DNA of 62,367 bases, filler included, from Collodictyon triciliatum (taxonomy: Eukaryota), in assembly GCA_043381765.1 (NCBI GenBank). It is 7 parts of 6 records of this genome, joined end to end, with 100 filler letters (N's around TTAATTAATTAA, not from the genome) between each part and the next. Parts side by side here need not be neighbours in the genome. Positions count along the whole stretch, not along the records: positions 30,686 to 39,531 come from JBHJMP010002787.1; positions 39,632 to 48,011 come from JBHJMP010002789.1; 5 more parts are not named here. One strand, 5' to 3'. This document shows positions 38,777 through 47,975 of this stretch, one piece after another. The translations under genes were made by a program, and so were the position numbers. Each line of letters opens with the position of its first letter. Within the stretch, counting starts at the first letter, position 1. The notes under the pieces are model-generated. The model had not been told where the DNA came from. It did not search any database and saw only the letters and a program-made list of their open reading frames with translations.

Positions 38777-39436
38777 TTGATATTTCTTCGACCTATCAGG
38801 TTTAAATTATGTAAGTGAGGGATAAATTCAAAGGCAAATACCAAATTATTTAAAGGGTTAATAGAAAAGAATAGCGCAAATGAGTATATTAATTTGACAT
38901 GTTTTCTTTATTTGTTCAATATCATAATTTAAAACAGTCCTTTTTTTCTTCCTAACATATGTGCAGAATGAATTATTTGGAACCCAATTTATATATCTTT
39001 TAATATTTGAAAATTATTATTATGCGATTATATTAAATACATCAGGAGAATGCTCCAATTCAATCTCTGGTCAACTTTCAGTTTAAGTAAATTATGGTTC
39101 TTATGATTTACGAATTATAATATTGAAATATCATCAATATTTTTTTGAAAAAGGAAATCACCAGTAAAAAAATAATGATAACGTCTTGTAATCACAATAT
39201 AATCGACTATATAATATGTGAATATTTAATAGGTCATCAATGTGCACAAAGAAAGTGTAGTTATAAATGATATGTGAAGGTCAGCCTGAACTTTCAGGTG
39301 AAGTTTGAATTTGAAGGGGTTCTGATAAATATTGTTAAAGTTAGCATGACAGCTAAAGAATCTACATGCATTTTTCTTCATACTGTCAAATTCACGGCAG
39401 ACATGAAATTAAGATGAATTGAAAGGCTCGAATTTA

Positions 39437-39476
<40 letters not shown>

Positions 39477-39480
39477 AAAT

Positions 39481-39531
<51 letters not shown>

Positions 39532-39631
39532 NNNNNNNNNNNNNNNNNNNNNNNNNNNNNNNNNNNNNNNNNNNNTTAATTAATTAANNNNNNNNNNNNN
39601 NNNNNNNNNNNNNNNNNNNNNNNNNNNNNNN

Positions 39632-41152
39632 TCTTCATTAAATTTTTTTGTGGGGACGCCTGGAACTACTGCTGGTGATACTTTGGGTCGTTTTTTAGCA
39701 GAACGATTGACTGTTGCGAGCACTGTCACCACAGTCCGAAATACTTTGAATTGTATTGGAATGAATGGAACTGGTGGGTCAGCAACTGATCCGGCGATTA
39801 TTTTTGGGGACAATACAAATTTACCGGCTGCGAGTCGTAGCGGTATTTATGGTTCAGCAGATAATTCAGTGGCAATAAGTACAAACGGAGTTCAAAGATT
39901 TACGGTAAACGATAATGGCGTAAATTCTGAATCTCGTTTTATAGCCTCTAGAGGTGTCGCAATTAGTAACGGATACAGTTTCAACGGCACGGACATTTCA
40001 GGGCTATATGCGAGTAGTACTGACAGAACAATGCATTTAATTAGTAATTCTGTCCCTGTTTTGAGTGTGTTAAACACGGGTGGAACTGGAGGCACTGGTG
40101 GGACTAGCACAGTGACAGTCAACGGAACTATTAATACGACTGGGTTAAGAACTCCTATTACGTCTCGAAGTCATACTAGTATTCTTATAGGTGCAACAAG
40201 TCCTATGATGATACGAGTGTTGATATCTGACAATGTACCAAATACATTTGATTTACCTAATTTAGGAGCAACATTAACTGGCCAAACTCACGTTATTATT
40301 CCCTATAAAGATGCAGCCAGTACAGGCACGTTAAATATGTGGACTGGTGGCGGAACGGGACACGCAATTCACGTTATGCATAATTCAACAAAAACTGTTG
40401 TTACAGGTAGCAGCATATATCCATTAATAGAGGGTGGGGTATACACTTGTGTGTGGCATCATTTAACTACAACTGCAGGCCAACTTCAAGGAATCTGGTA
40501 TGTATGGATTGATGGGGTGGCAACGACAACTGTGTCCGAACCGTTCGTAGTTAATACAAATATAGATTTTAGTGTATCAAATAGTGGTGCTAGAATACAA
40601 GGGGTAAACTCAGGAGCAGCCTCTAGTGTGGGTATGGTTCTTAATGGGAACTTAGCTACTAGATTTACCCAAGACGATACCGAAATTCAAAACTCTCTAC
40701 GATTGTTTAAGGTGCCATTATCTGATTTTCTCGTTGTAGACTTTGAAACGTATAATGTAGACCGAAACAGTCCTAAAACACTTATTTTAACCAAACAACC
40801 ATCAGGAAGTTTGACTACTAATATAATTTTCCCTGATCCTACTGCTGTACCTACTGGTCTAGAAATCGAAGTAATTGTGTGGAATCTGCCAAGTAAAAAC
40901 GGCACGGGATATAAACGAATCAGATTCACCACTACGAGCGCGTTTGTAATAGGCGCATCAAATCAAAATATGATGGCAGTACATAGTACAAATTACGAGG
41001 TAGCGGAAGGAACTTGGTTTAAGGCAATTAATATGAGAACATCAAACAATACTGTTCCACAAAATATAAATCGCTGGTTTTTGCGTGCTAGACAATGGGT
41101 CGTTCCTGTTGGAGGTACGGCTTTAACCATAGTAGCAAATGCCGACACATAA
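39632..41152 (+). CDS. Fibre/spike-like virion protein, 5'-partial
   Basis: Frame is open from the contig edge. G/T/S/N-rich; shaft-like repeats (IIFGDNT..SGIYGSADNSVAISTNGVQRFTVNDNG; YSFNGTDISGLYASSTDRTMHLISNSVPVLSV) and two related beta-rich domains (FDLPNLGATLTGQTHVII..GIWYV; IIFPDPTAVPTGLEIEVI..RWFL). Confidence 0.65.
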   Translation, partial: SSLNFFVGTPGTTAGDTLGRFLAERLTVASTVTTVRNTLNCIGMNGTGGSATDPAIIFGDNTNLPAASRSGIYGSADNSVAISTNGVQRFTVNDNGVNSESRFIASRGVAISNGYSFNGTDISGLYASSTDRTMHLISNSVPVLSVLNTGGTGGTGGTSTVTVNGTINTTGLRTPITSRSHTSILIGATSPMMIRVLISDNVPNTFDLPNLGATLTGQTHVIIPYKDAASTGTLNMWTGGGTGHAIHVMHNSTKTVVTGSSIYPLIEGGVYTCVWHHLTTTAGQLQGIWYVWIDGVATTTVSEPFVVNTNIDFSVSNSGARIQGVNSGAASSVGMVLNGNLATRFTQDDTEIQNSLRLFKVPLSDFLVVDFETYNVDRNSPKTLILTKQPSGSLTTNIIFPDPTAVPTGLEIEVIVWNLPSKNGTGYKRIRFTTTSAFVIGASNQNMMAVHSTNYEVAEGTWFKAINMRTSNNTVPQNINRWFLRARQWVVPVGGTALTIVANADT

Positions 41153-41182
41153 ACAATTTTTATGAATAATAAGAATTGTTTA
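41150..41182. terminator. AT-rich 14-bp stem / 5-nt loop hairpin filling the gap between two convergent viral genes
   Basis: TAAACAATTTTTAT-GAATA-ATAAGAATTGTTTA: 13 Watson-Crick pairs plus one T:G. The two stop codons form the base of the stem. Confidence 0.75.
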
Positions 41183-44100
41183 ATAAATAGCCTGTGAAAG
41201 ATTCTTAATAGGTGTTCCAAAGACACGCTCTGTGACAGGCCCGTAAGATTTGCGGCCAAATGCACCGGAGCTGACAAAGAACTGGGCGTCTCTGGCCGAG
41301 CCGAATGCGCGCTTCTGGCCCCCGCCGTGGACGACGTAATTGAGCCCCTCTCGTCGGATGGTGTAATTTGATTGGCCCGGAATAATGATGGTACCGAGGT
41401 CAGAGTTGACGACCCTGCCCAGGTTTTGCTGGGGGAGAAAAGCGACGTTTCTCAGTTTCTGGTCAGTCGTGTCTCCGTATTTCGGCTTGTACTTGAGAGG
41501 CCATGACCCTTCTTTACGGTATGTTTTTATTGCCCTGCTTAAATTTGGTATATCGCCAGCAAAAAACATGCCCAGTATATCAATAAGTGCACTAGTGTCA
41601 GAAGTTAAATCGACATATTCAATGCCCATTTTTCTTAGAACTTCATCAAAACTTTCTTGAGAATTTATACCATATTCATTAGCTCCTGCTGGATTAGCTC
41701 CTTCAATCCATCTTGATATTTTTCTAGCAAAGCGTGACTGATTGCCATATTCACGGCTGTCCGACACTTGAGGGCGCATAGTGTTAAATATTGCCATTTG
41801 ACTACCGCGTCCACCTCCACCGCCAGGAGGGCCGCCACCAGGGGGGCCGCCAAATACAGGAGGAGGACCTCCGCCAGGACCAAACATTGGAACTGCCCCT
41901 ATAATAGGACTAGCAGTAGCTGCTTGCATTGATTGTCTTCTATTTGCTGCCATATTATTACCGGGAAAAATATTTCTTTGTACCGCATCGTTTGCAGCTT
42001 GGAAAATGCCAGCGCCGGCGCCAGCTGCAGCTTGAACTATGCCAGCACCAGCATTAAAAACAGCCCCAGCAAGTGCTCGTGCTGTAGCCAATCTTCCAGT
42101 AACAATCGGAGACAAAGGTGGCAATCCCCTCGCTGGACTTTGAAAAGGAATTATTTGTTGAGCTGCAGGACTGGCTTGAGCTGGCCCTATTGCTAAGGAA
42201 GTTGGAGGACGAGGAGTTGTGGGAGGCCGGCGGCCACGAGGAGCAGGAGGAGGGCTAAATGGCGCAAGTTGTTGAATATTAGGATTTTGTTGTCCGGGCG
42301 CGGGTAGTGGCAAAAATTGGTCCGCTGGCAACCAAGGCCCAGCTGCAATAATATGGGGACTAGGTGCATTAAATCTAGGGTTTGGAGAACGTCGTGCCAA
42401 AAGTGTTGTTTCCTGTTGAGCAAGTGGTGGGGTTGCTTGTCTAATAACTAATTGTCCTCCAGGAGACTGGCCAGGTGTTGAGCCACTAGCTGCTGATGAA
42501 AAACTACTGTCTGGAATTTTAGGAAACGCAACTTCATAGTAAAATCCAGCTGTATCTGCAATTTGGTCCCGTTGATTTTTTAATTCATTCGCCAAGTTTC
42601 TTAAACCCTCTATTGTTTCAGCTTGTTCAATCTCCATAGGATTTTGTAAGTTTAATAAATCATTTAAGTCTCTTATTTGTTCTTGTAATTCCTCTAATTC
42701 AAAACCACTAGTACTGGGTGCCTCTTGCAATGCAAGTAATGTTTGAACCTGATTTTCTAAATCAGCAATTCTGTTTAATTTAATTTGTGACATTAGTGCA
42801 TATCTATCATTATATTGTTTTGTAAATAATTTTTCAAGCGATGACAGTCGTGCTGTGGAATTCTCTTTTGATCCAGGAACAGGCCTTCTTTTTATTTCAG
42901 GTGTTGCTGTTTTATTAACTGAAGATTCAACTGATATATTTGTTGTATTAAATTCTGGTTTAGGTAATATAGCAAGAACCATACGTTGTTCCTTTATACG
43001 GTTCTGTTCTGCCTGAAGATTTATTTGAGCTTTAGCTTCTTGTAATTGTTTTAGATACAGTTCTTTGTCTTGCATTAAACCATTAGCCAAATTAGAAGCA
43101 GTGTTAATAGTCTGTTGAAGTTCGTCTATGTATTTGTTTTGCTCAGACAAAGCAGCATTCAAAATATCTATTTGTTGTAATCCGGCATCTACTTTTTTTT
43201 GAAGAAAATCTGCATGTGTGGCCAATTTTAATTGATCAGTACGCGTATTCTCACCACCAGTTTTTAACATTACAGCATTTATATAAGCTCTTGTAGTTAC
43301 TGTTGTATTAGCATTTTGTGCTTTGTCTATTTCATTTTGTTCTTGTATTTGTTGCATTCTAGTGCTCATATTGGCTAATTTTTCCGTAATATTACTTAAA
43401 CTAGGACTGCTGCTTACATCTGGCACTTTTGATCTGTTTGGTGTATCTTGAAAAGATATTGCTCTTTTTGCACTAGAGGATGATTTGTCTCCTATAACTG
43501 ATGTACCAAATTTACTTTGTGATTGAGTATATGATGGGGATTGGGCTACACTTGATGCTTGACCAAAACTCAGATTTGCAATATCTGTTATACCAGACAT
43601 ATCCGATACATTCATTCCTTCGGCTACAATAGTCGATTCATCAGACATATTGTCAGTTGGTGCCATTGTTAGTGATATTCCTGATTGATTAAGCTGCTCT
43701 AAGCTTTGATCTAAAATAGAACGTGCAGGAGTCATAAGTTGCGACCCAAGCATGCTCATAGTCAGAGTTGTCTGGTCAGGGTCAAATTGTGTTCTATTAA
43801 CAACAGATGCCTCACCCAGAACTTGGGACCCAAACAAAGAGCGCATTGCAGTTGCCGCATTCCCGGCATAATTTGCACTGTTAAATACTTGAGATCGTTC
43901 AAATGAAGTAAGAATGACTTGCATTGAACGCGATAATGACGCACGTGAAATTGCAGCACTCGATTGTACCATAGAAACAAGTGATTGTGCTAACATTCGA
44001 CTGATTTCTAAATTATCAAACTGGTTTAACATTACATCAAGTGAATCATTTAATATTTGATTAATATCTGTTTCTTGCCTTTCTATCAAAAATTTATATT

Positions 44101-45874
44101 CCTCATTAAGAATATCTGCTACAGTTAAGGCTCGTAATTCAGATTGAACAACTGTTGATCTTGCTTGTTGTAGTTCAAAAATTCGCTGTCTAAACTTATT
44201 AATATCTTCAATTACCTGTTTTTTTATTGGGTCCATTTGGTTGTAAAATGCTTGATATCCAGCATCGGTTTGTTCTGGTGCATTTTCAATAATAAACTGT
44301 CTAATTTCCAATTGCATATTTTTGGCCATTTGAGCAGCAGCTTCCAGTAATACTCCTTGGTTTGTAGCCTGAACGATTTGATTGATAAACTGTTGTCCCT
44401 CTTGCTCACTAACTACACCAAAAGTTACGTCTAATTGGTTTGGTGGAACAAACATTGCTGTTGTCGCATCGTCGATTTTGGCTGCAGTTTTTTCATCCAC
44501 TGTTTGATCTGTAAGATCTTCTGGAAGTCTACCAATATACTTTCTATGATATTCTTGTAGAATTTCTTTGTGTAGTTGAAGGCGTTTGGGTAATTGGGAT
44601 CTTTGGTAGTCTTGTATAAACTTTTGTTCTGCCAGTCTTTTTTTTTCAATTGCCTCTTGTCTTTTAATTTCTTTTTCTTCTGCAATTCGTTTAAATTCTG
44701 CTTCTCTCTTGGCATTAAATGCTTCAAGTCTTTCCCTACGTTTTTCGTCTTCAGCCTGTTTTTCTTTTTCTTTTTCTAACTCAGCTATAAACCGATAGTA
44801 CGCACAGTTCCAACATATATCATCAAAAGCTTCATTTTCATTTTCACCTTTAAAATCTTGGTTGTTTCGTAATTCGTATATATAATTTACAGTCTCTTGT
44901 TCAAACTCATTGTCTAATAATATTAAAAATTCAAATACTTTAGGATCATCATCGCCGCTAGGGACATCTTTAACATAATTAAAGTTTCTATGTTTCCGCC
45001 ATTCTTTCAAACAAAGATTTAACGCAGTGTAAATTTTAGTTGCTACAGGTTGTCCACGGTTATTGACCTTTTGCAAATATGGAGCATCTAAATACGACCT
45101 TCTATTGCCAATTTCTTGTTTGACTCTATTAGATATTAATTCCCATCTTTTGAATCCTTCTTCAGATGTCATGTCTTTTTTGAACTGACGGAAATATTCT
45201 TCTAATCTACCAAATGTAGTGTCTAGGTCTAATTCTTCTTCTGATTCTTCTTCTTCTTCTTCTTCTTCTTCTTCTTCTTCTTCTTCTTCTTCTTCTTCTT
45301 GTACTGGTGCTTCTTCTATTGCTCCTTCTTCATCTTCATCTTTTTCATCTTCATCATCAATTACAAAAAGAGGGGTTGCCTTAGTTGGCACAGCTGAAGC
45401 TTTTGAGCCTCCAGGCTTACCTAAACTTTCGGGTGGCTCGTCTAAGGGGTCAGTTGACTTAACAAATTTAAATGTAGGACCATACATCTCTCGCATCAAA
45501 TCTTCTACTGATGAAGACTTTGATGACTCAGCAGGCTCTGATTTCTTAGGTTCTTTCACAGGTTCTTTCCTAGTTTCAAAAACTCCATACTTAAATTTTG
45601 GATTTGGATGATTTTTAATAATTTCAGGTGCAGTTGGAAAAAATTCTTTATATTTTTCCCACGCATATTTGAACCTTTCTATATAACCAACTTTTTCATT
45701 TATTACAGTCTTTGTTCTTGTAGGTAAATCGTAATTAATCATAGCTTGTAAATAATCTATAAGGTCACTTCTTGTCATTCCTGTTCTATTAACATCGTCT
45801 GCAGTTGCCAATTCAGGACTCGCATTTTCCATATAATATATAAATTCTTGTCGAGTAAATTGCCGAAAGCTCAT
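41180..45874 (-). CDS. Large orphan viral protein (~1564 aa; acidic tract, coiled coils, Ser/Gln-rich and Pro/Gly-rich segments)
   Basis: Uninterrupted ORF. The ATG at 45874 (MSFRQFTRQEF) avoids overlap with the divergent gene. No polymerase, Walker A, integrase or protease motif recognised. Confidence 0.85.
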   Translation of the reverse strand: MSFRQFTRQEFIYYMENASPELATADDVNRTGMTRSDLIDYLQAMINYDLPTRTKTVINEKVGYIERFKYAWEKYKEFFPTAPEIIKNHPNPKFKYGVFETRKEPVKEPKKSEPAESSKSSSVEDLMREMYGPTFKFVKSTDPLDEPPESLGKPGGSKASAVPTKATPLFVIDDEDEKDEDEEGAIEEAPVQEEEEEEEEEEEEEEEEEESEEELDLDTTFGRLEEYFRQFKKDMTSEEGFKRWELISNRVKQEIGNRRSYLDAPYLQKVNNRGQPVATKIYTALNLCLKEWRKHRNFNYVKDVPSGDDDPKVFEFLILLDNEFEQETVNYIYELRNNQDFKGENENEAFDDICWNCAYYRFIAELEKEKEKQAEDEKRRERLEAFNAKREAEFKRIAEEKEIKRQEAIEKKRLAEQKFIQDYQRSQLPKRLQLHKEILQEYHRKYIGRLPEDLTDQTVDEKTAAKIDDATTAMFVPPNQLDVTFGVVSEQEGQQFINQIVQATNQGVLLEAAAQMAKNMQLEIRQFIIENAPEQTDAGYQAFYNQMDPIKKQVIEDINKFRQRIFELQQARSTVVQSELRALTVADILNEEYKFLIERQETDINQILNDSLDVMLNQFDNLEISRMLAQSLVSMVQSSAAISRASLSRSMQVILTSFERSQVFNSANYAGNAATAMRSLFGSQVLGEASVVNRTQFDPDQTTLTMSMLGSQLMTPARSILDQSLEQLNQSGISLTMAPTDNMSDESTIVAEGMNVSDMSGITDIANLSFGQASSVAQSPSYTQSQSKFGTSVIGDKSSSSAKRAISFQDTPNRSKVPDVSSSPSLSNITEKLANMSTRMQQIQEQNEIDKAQNANTTVTTRAYINAVMLKTGGENTRTDQLKLATHADFLQKKVDAGLQQIDILNAALSEQNKYIDELQQTINTASNLANGLMQDKELYLKQLQEAKAQINLQAEQNRIKEQRMVLAILPKPEFNTTNISVESSVNKTATPEIKRRPVPGSKENSTARLSSLEKLFTKQYNDRYALMSQIKLNRIADLENQVQTLLALQEAPSTSGFELEELQEQIRDLNDLLNLQNPMEIEQAETIEGLRNLANELKNQRDQIADTAGFYYEVAFPKIPDSSFSSAASGSTPGQSPGGQLVIRQATPPLAQQETTLLARRSPNPRFNAPSPHIIAAGPWLPADQFLPLPAPGQQNPNIQQLAPFSPPPAPRGRRPPTTPRPPTSLAIGPAQASPAAQQIIPFQSPARGLPPLSPIVTGRLATARALAGAVFNAGAGIVQAAAGAGAGIFQAANDAVQRNIFPGNNMAANRRQSMQAATASPIIGAVPMFGPGGGPPPVFGGPPGGGPPGGGGGRGSQMAIFNTMRPQVSDSREYGNQSRFARKISRWIEGANPAGANEYGINSQESFDEVLRKMGIEYVDLTSDTSALIDILGMFFAGDIPNLSRAIKTYRKEGSWPLKYKPKYGDTTDQKLRNVAFLPQQNLGRVVNSDLGTIIIPGQSNYTIRREGLNYVVHGGGQKRAFGSARDAQFFVSSGAFGRKSYGPVTERVFGTPIKNLSQAIY

Positions 45875-45907
45875 ATTATAACCTATATAAAATTTCTTGG
45901 CTAAGGT
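45875..45907. promoter_or_regulatory. 33-bp divergent promoter region of the viral element
   Basis: Lies between two back-to-back ATGs. Contains TATATAAAA and TTTCTTGGCTAAGGT directly before ATG 45908, matching TTTCTTTGTTAATGT before the capsid ATG at 12/15 positions. Confidence 0.55.
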
Positions 45908-46267
45908 ATGATTGTTGATGTTAGAAAAGCAAGCAGAGGTGTTGGTCGCTTTCTTACCCGGCACACGGACAACGCACTAAACAAACTGCAACGATTAGAC
46001 AAAGCCTACTCGGATTTGAATCGGGCAAGCGGTGGGCTGGTCGAGTTGGGGCTGCAGGGAACAGGAATCAAACCTGCATTCCAGACAATTGCCAACCCGC
46101 TGGTGAGCACAATCACCGCCGCGAATTTCCTGGGGAAAGGCCTGACAACCCTGGGAAATACCGACTGGAAACTTAAAAACGCGTCGGCCATCGGCTCAGG
46201 AATTCAGGACCTCGGCCAGGCCTACGTGCTCGCCTCGACAGGGCGCGGATTTCGTCCAATGACATAA
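45908..46267 (+). CDS. Small basic amphipathic protein (119 aa) upstream of the capsid gene; candidate core/membrane-active virion protein
   Basis: Tight spacing on both sides, shared upstream motif with the MCP, five GxG motifs (GVG, GTG, GKG, GSG, GRG). Confidence 0.7.
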   Translation: MIVDVRKASRGVGRFLTRHTDNALNKLQRLDKAYSDLNRASGGLVELGLQGTGIKPAFQTIANPLVSTITAANFLGKGLTTLGNTDWKLKNASAIGSGIQDLGQAYVLASTGRGFRPMT

Positions 46268-46288
46268 TTTTTTTTTCTTTGTTAATGT

Positions 46289-47959
46289 ATGGCTGAATTT
46301 CCCTCTGAAGCAAAATACATGCGCGTCAAGAACTACAACGACAAAGTGCTTGCGCGACACACTACCCGAATTAGTCCTTTTAACGGTTCAATCTTTGGGC
46401 CAACTTCAATTGACCGAATACTTTTTAACATACCTTCCGAAACTGGAATGGAGATTGACATGGATACGCTTATGCTACATTTTTCGGCGCGAATTCAAGT
46501 TTCTACTCCTGTGGCTGGTGTTTTTGATGCAGCTTTTTGTAATAGCATTGAGTCTGTAATCGGAAATCTCCGCATTAGGAAAGGGTCATCTTTTCTCTTG
46601 GAAGACATACAAAGATACAACTACCTTGAGTCTATGTTTATGAACTACTTGTCAAGAGATTACAATGATTGTGTAGGCCAAGCTGTGTTGGGTATAGGTC
46701 CTTATCACACAAGAGTGCAACGAATAACATCAGCCGCAGCTCCAGAAGGATTTACAAATTATCGAAAGTATTGTGTTCCGTTTAGATTGTCTGGTATTTC
46801 AAACTACTCGGGTCTCATATCAACTTCACTAATCGATACAGTTTCGGCTTTTCAGATTGAGATTGAATTGGCGCCTGCTTTCGACGCGTGTCAAATTAAT
46901 AATTCAACTAATGGGGCTCCTGCTACCACAGCTACATACGAAATTAGTACATGTTATCTTACATATGATGTTGTTCGTATGGCTCCAGAATATCATCAGC
47001 AATTACAGTCAAGTATTCAACGAGGAATTCCCCTGCAAATTCCGTACAAGACATGGAGAACCAGTATGTACAGCTTACCATCTGGGGCACAAACGCTGCA
47101 TGTTTTTAATATCAACGATACAGTTAAATCACTGAATGCTGTGTATGTTGCGTTTTTCAAGCAGCGAGAGCAAGGCAAATTTATGGTTCCTGGCAAAGAT
47201 AGAAAGCACAAACCCCCAACACTTGTTGACGCCCAACTTCAACTCGGCTCATTCTATTACCCCTTGCAGCCGATGGACTGTGAAGGAGCTGCACCCCAAG
47301 CATTCCTGGAGCTGCAAAAGGCGCTGGGTCTTACTCACGTGAGAAGTGAATACAATGGGCCGTTCGGGTTTGATGGTCAACAATTTATTGGAAACAATTT
47401 AAATAGTAGACAAAATTTGGAGACTGGAATTAGGGTTACTGTACCTGCACAAACTCCTGGTGCAGCTGGTGGTGCTGCTGCTCCAGCGGTAACTGTTCTT
47501 GGTCCACCTCTTGCTTATAATGATAATGGTGTTGCACTAAATGCTCAAATCGTACAGGGAGCAAAAACAGAAGTTGCTGCTGGTGGTGCTGCTAATGCTG
47601 CAGTTAGTGGGGGTGTATTTACAGATGCAGCTCATACGACTTTACTATTATCAGGTGCTTCTCAAAATGCAACTTTTACGATGACTTCCAATGGTATTTA
47701 TAGTTTTTATGGAGGCGTTTGCCAGGGCCCAGCTAGTGAATTTATGATTGGCTTCAATCTCCGCAAAGTCCTCGATGCGGTCGAAGGGGAGATCGTGGGA
47801 ACAGACATTCAGTCATCCGGTAGCGGCTTGATGTCATTAAGATTAAACTTCAATGCTGCTATTGGTGACACTGACGGGCCGTACAATATCATTGTTGCAT
47901 CGCTATATGACGCTGTCCTCGAAATTCAATCCAACCAGCAGACTTTCCGCGTAGAATAA
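46289..47959 (+). CDS. Major capsid protein, double jelly-roll, PLV type
   Basis: ISPFNGSIFGP..RILFNIP..IDMDTLMLHF; SIESVIGNLRI..LLEDIQRYNYL; YCVPF; IEIELA; YEISTCYLTYDVV; IPYKTW; KSLNAVYVAF; QLQLGSFYYPLQP; AFLELQKALG; FMIGFNL..GTDI; YDAVLEI. Order and spacing follow the PLV MCP pattern as I recognise it. Confidence 0.85.
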   Translation: MAEFPSEAKYMRVKNYNDKVLARHTTRISPFNGSIFGPTSIDRILFNIPSETGMEIDMDTLMLHFSARIQVSTPVAGVFDAAFCNSIESVIGNLRIRKGSSFLLEDIQRYNYLESMFMNYLSRDYNDCVGQAVLGIGPYHTRVQRITSAAAPEGFTNYRKYCVPFRLSGISNYSGLISTSLIDTVSAFQIEIELAPAFDACQINNSTNGAPATTATYEISTCYLTYDVVRMAPEYHQQLQSSIQRGIPLQIPYKTWRTSMYSLPSGAQTLHVFNINDTVKSLNAVYVAFFKQREQGKFMVPGKDRKHKPPTLVDAQLQLGSFYYPLQPMDCEGAAPQAFLELQKALGLTHVRSEYNGPFGFDGQQFIGNNLNSRQNLETGIRVTVPAQTPGAAGGAAAPAVTVLGPPLAYNDNGVALNAQIVQGAKTEVAAGGAANAAVSGGVFTDAAHTTLLLSGASQNATFTMTSNGIYSFYGGVCQGPASEFMIGFNLRKVLDAVEGEIVGTDIQSSGSGLMSLRLNFNAAIGDTDGPYNIIVASLYDAVLEIQSNQQTFRVE

Positions 47960-47975
47960 AATATTTATATAAGTA

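Noticed and set aside
39438-39531. Poly(A)-poly(T) palindrome as a viral terminal hairpin
   Set aside because: It lies on the previous contig, separated from the viral contig by a spacer; a homopolymer contig end.
45875-45964. Longer 1594-aa start for the large viral ORF
   Set aside because: A GTG start that overlaps the divergent 119-aa gene; the ATG at 45874 leaves a clean AT-rich intergenic gap.
46289-47959. Classical virophage (Sputnik/Mavirus) or NCLDV major capsid protein
   Set aside because: I do not recognise their characteristic N-terminal motifs, and the motif order fits PLV capsids better. A profile search is needed to be sure.
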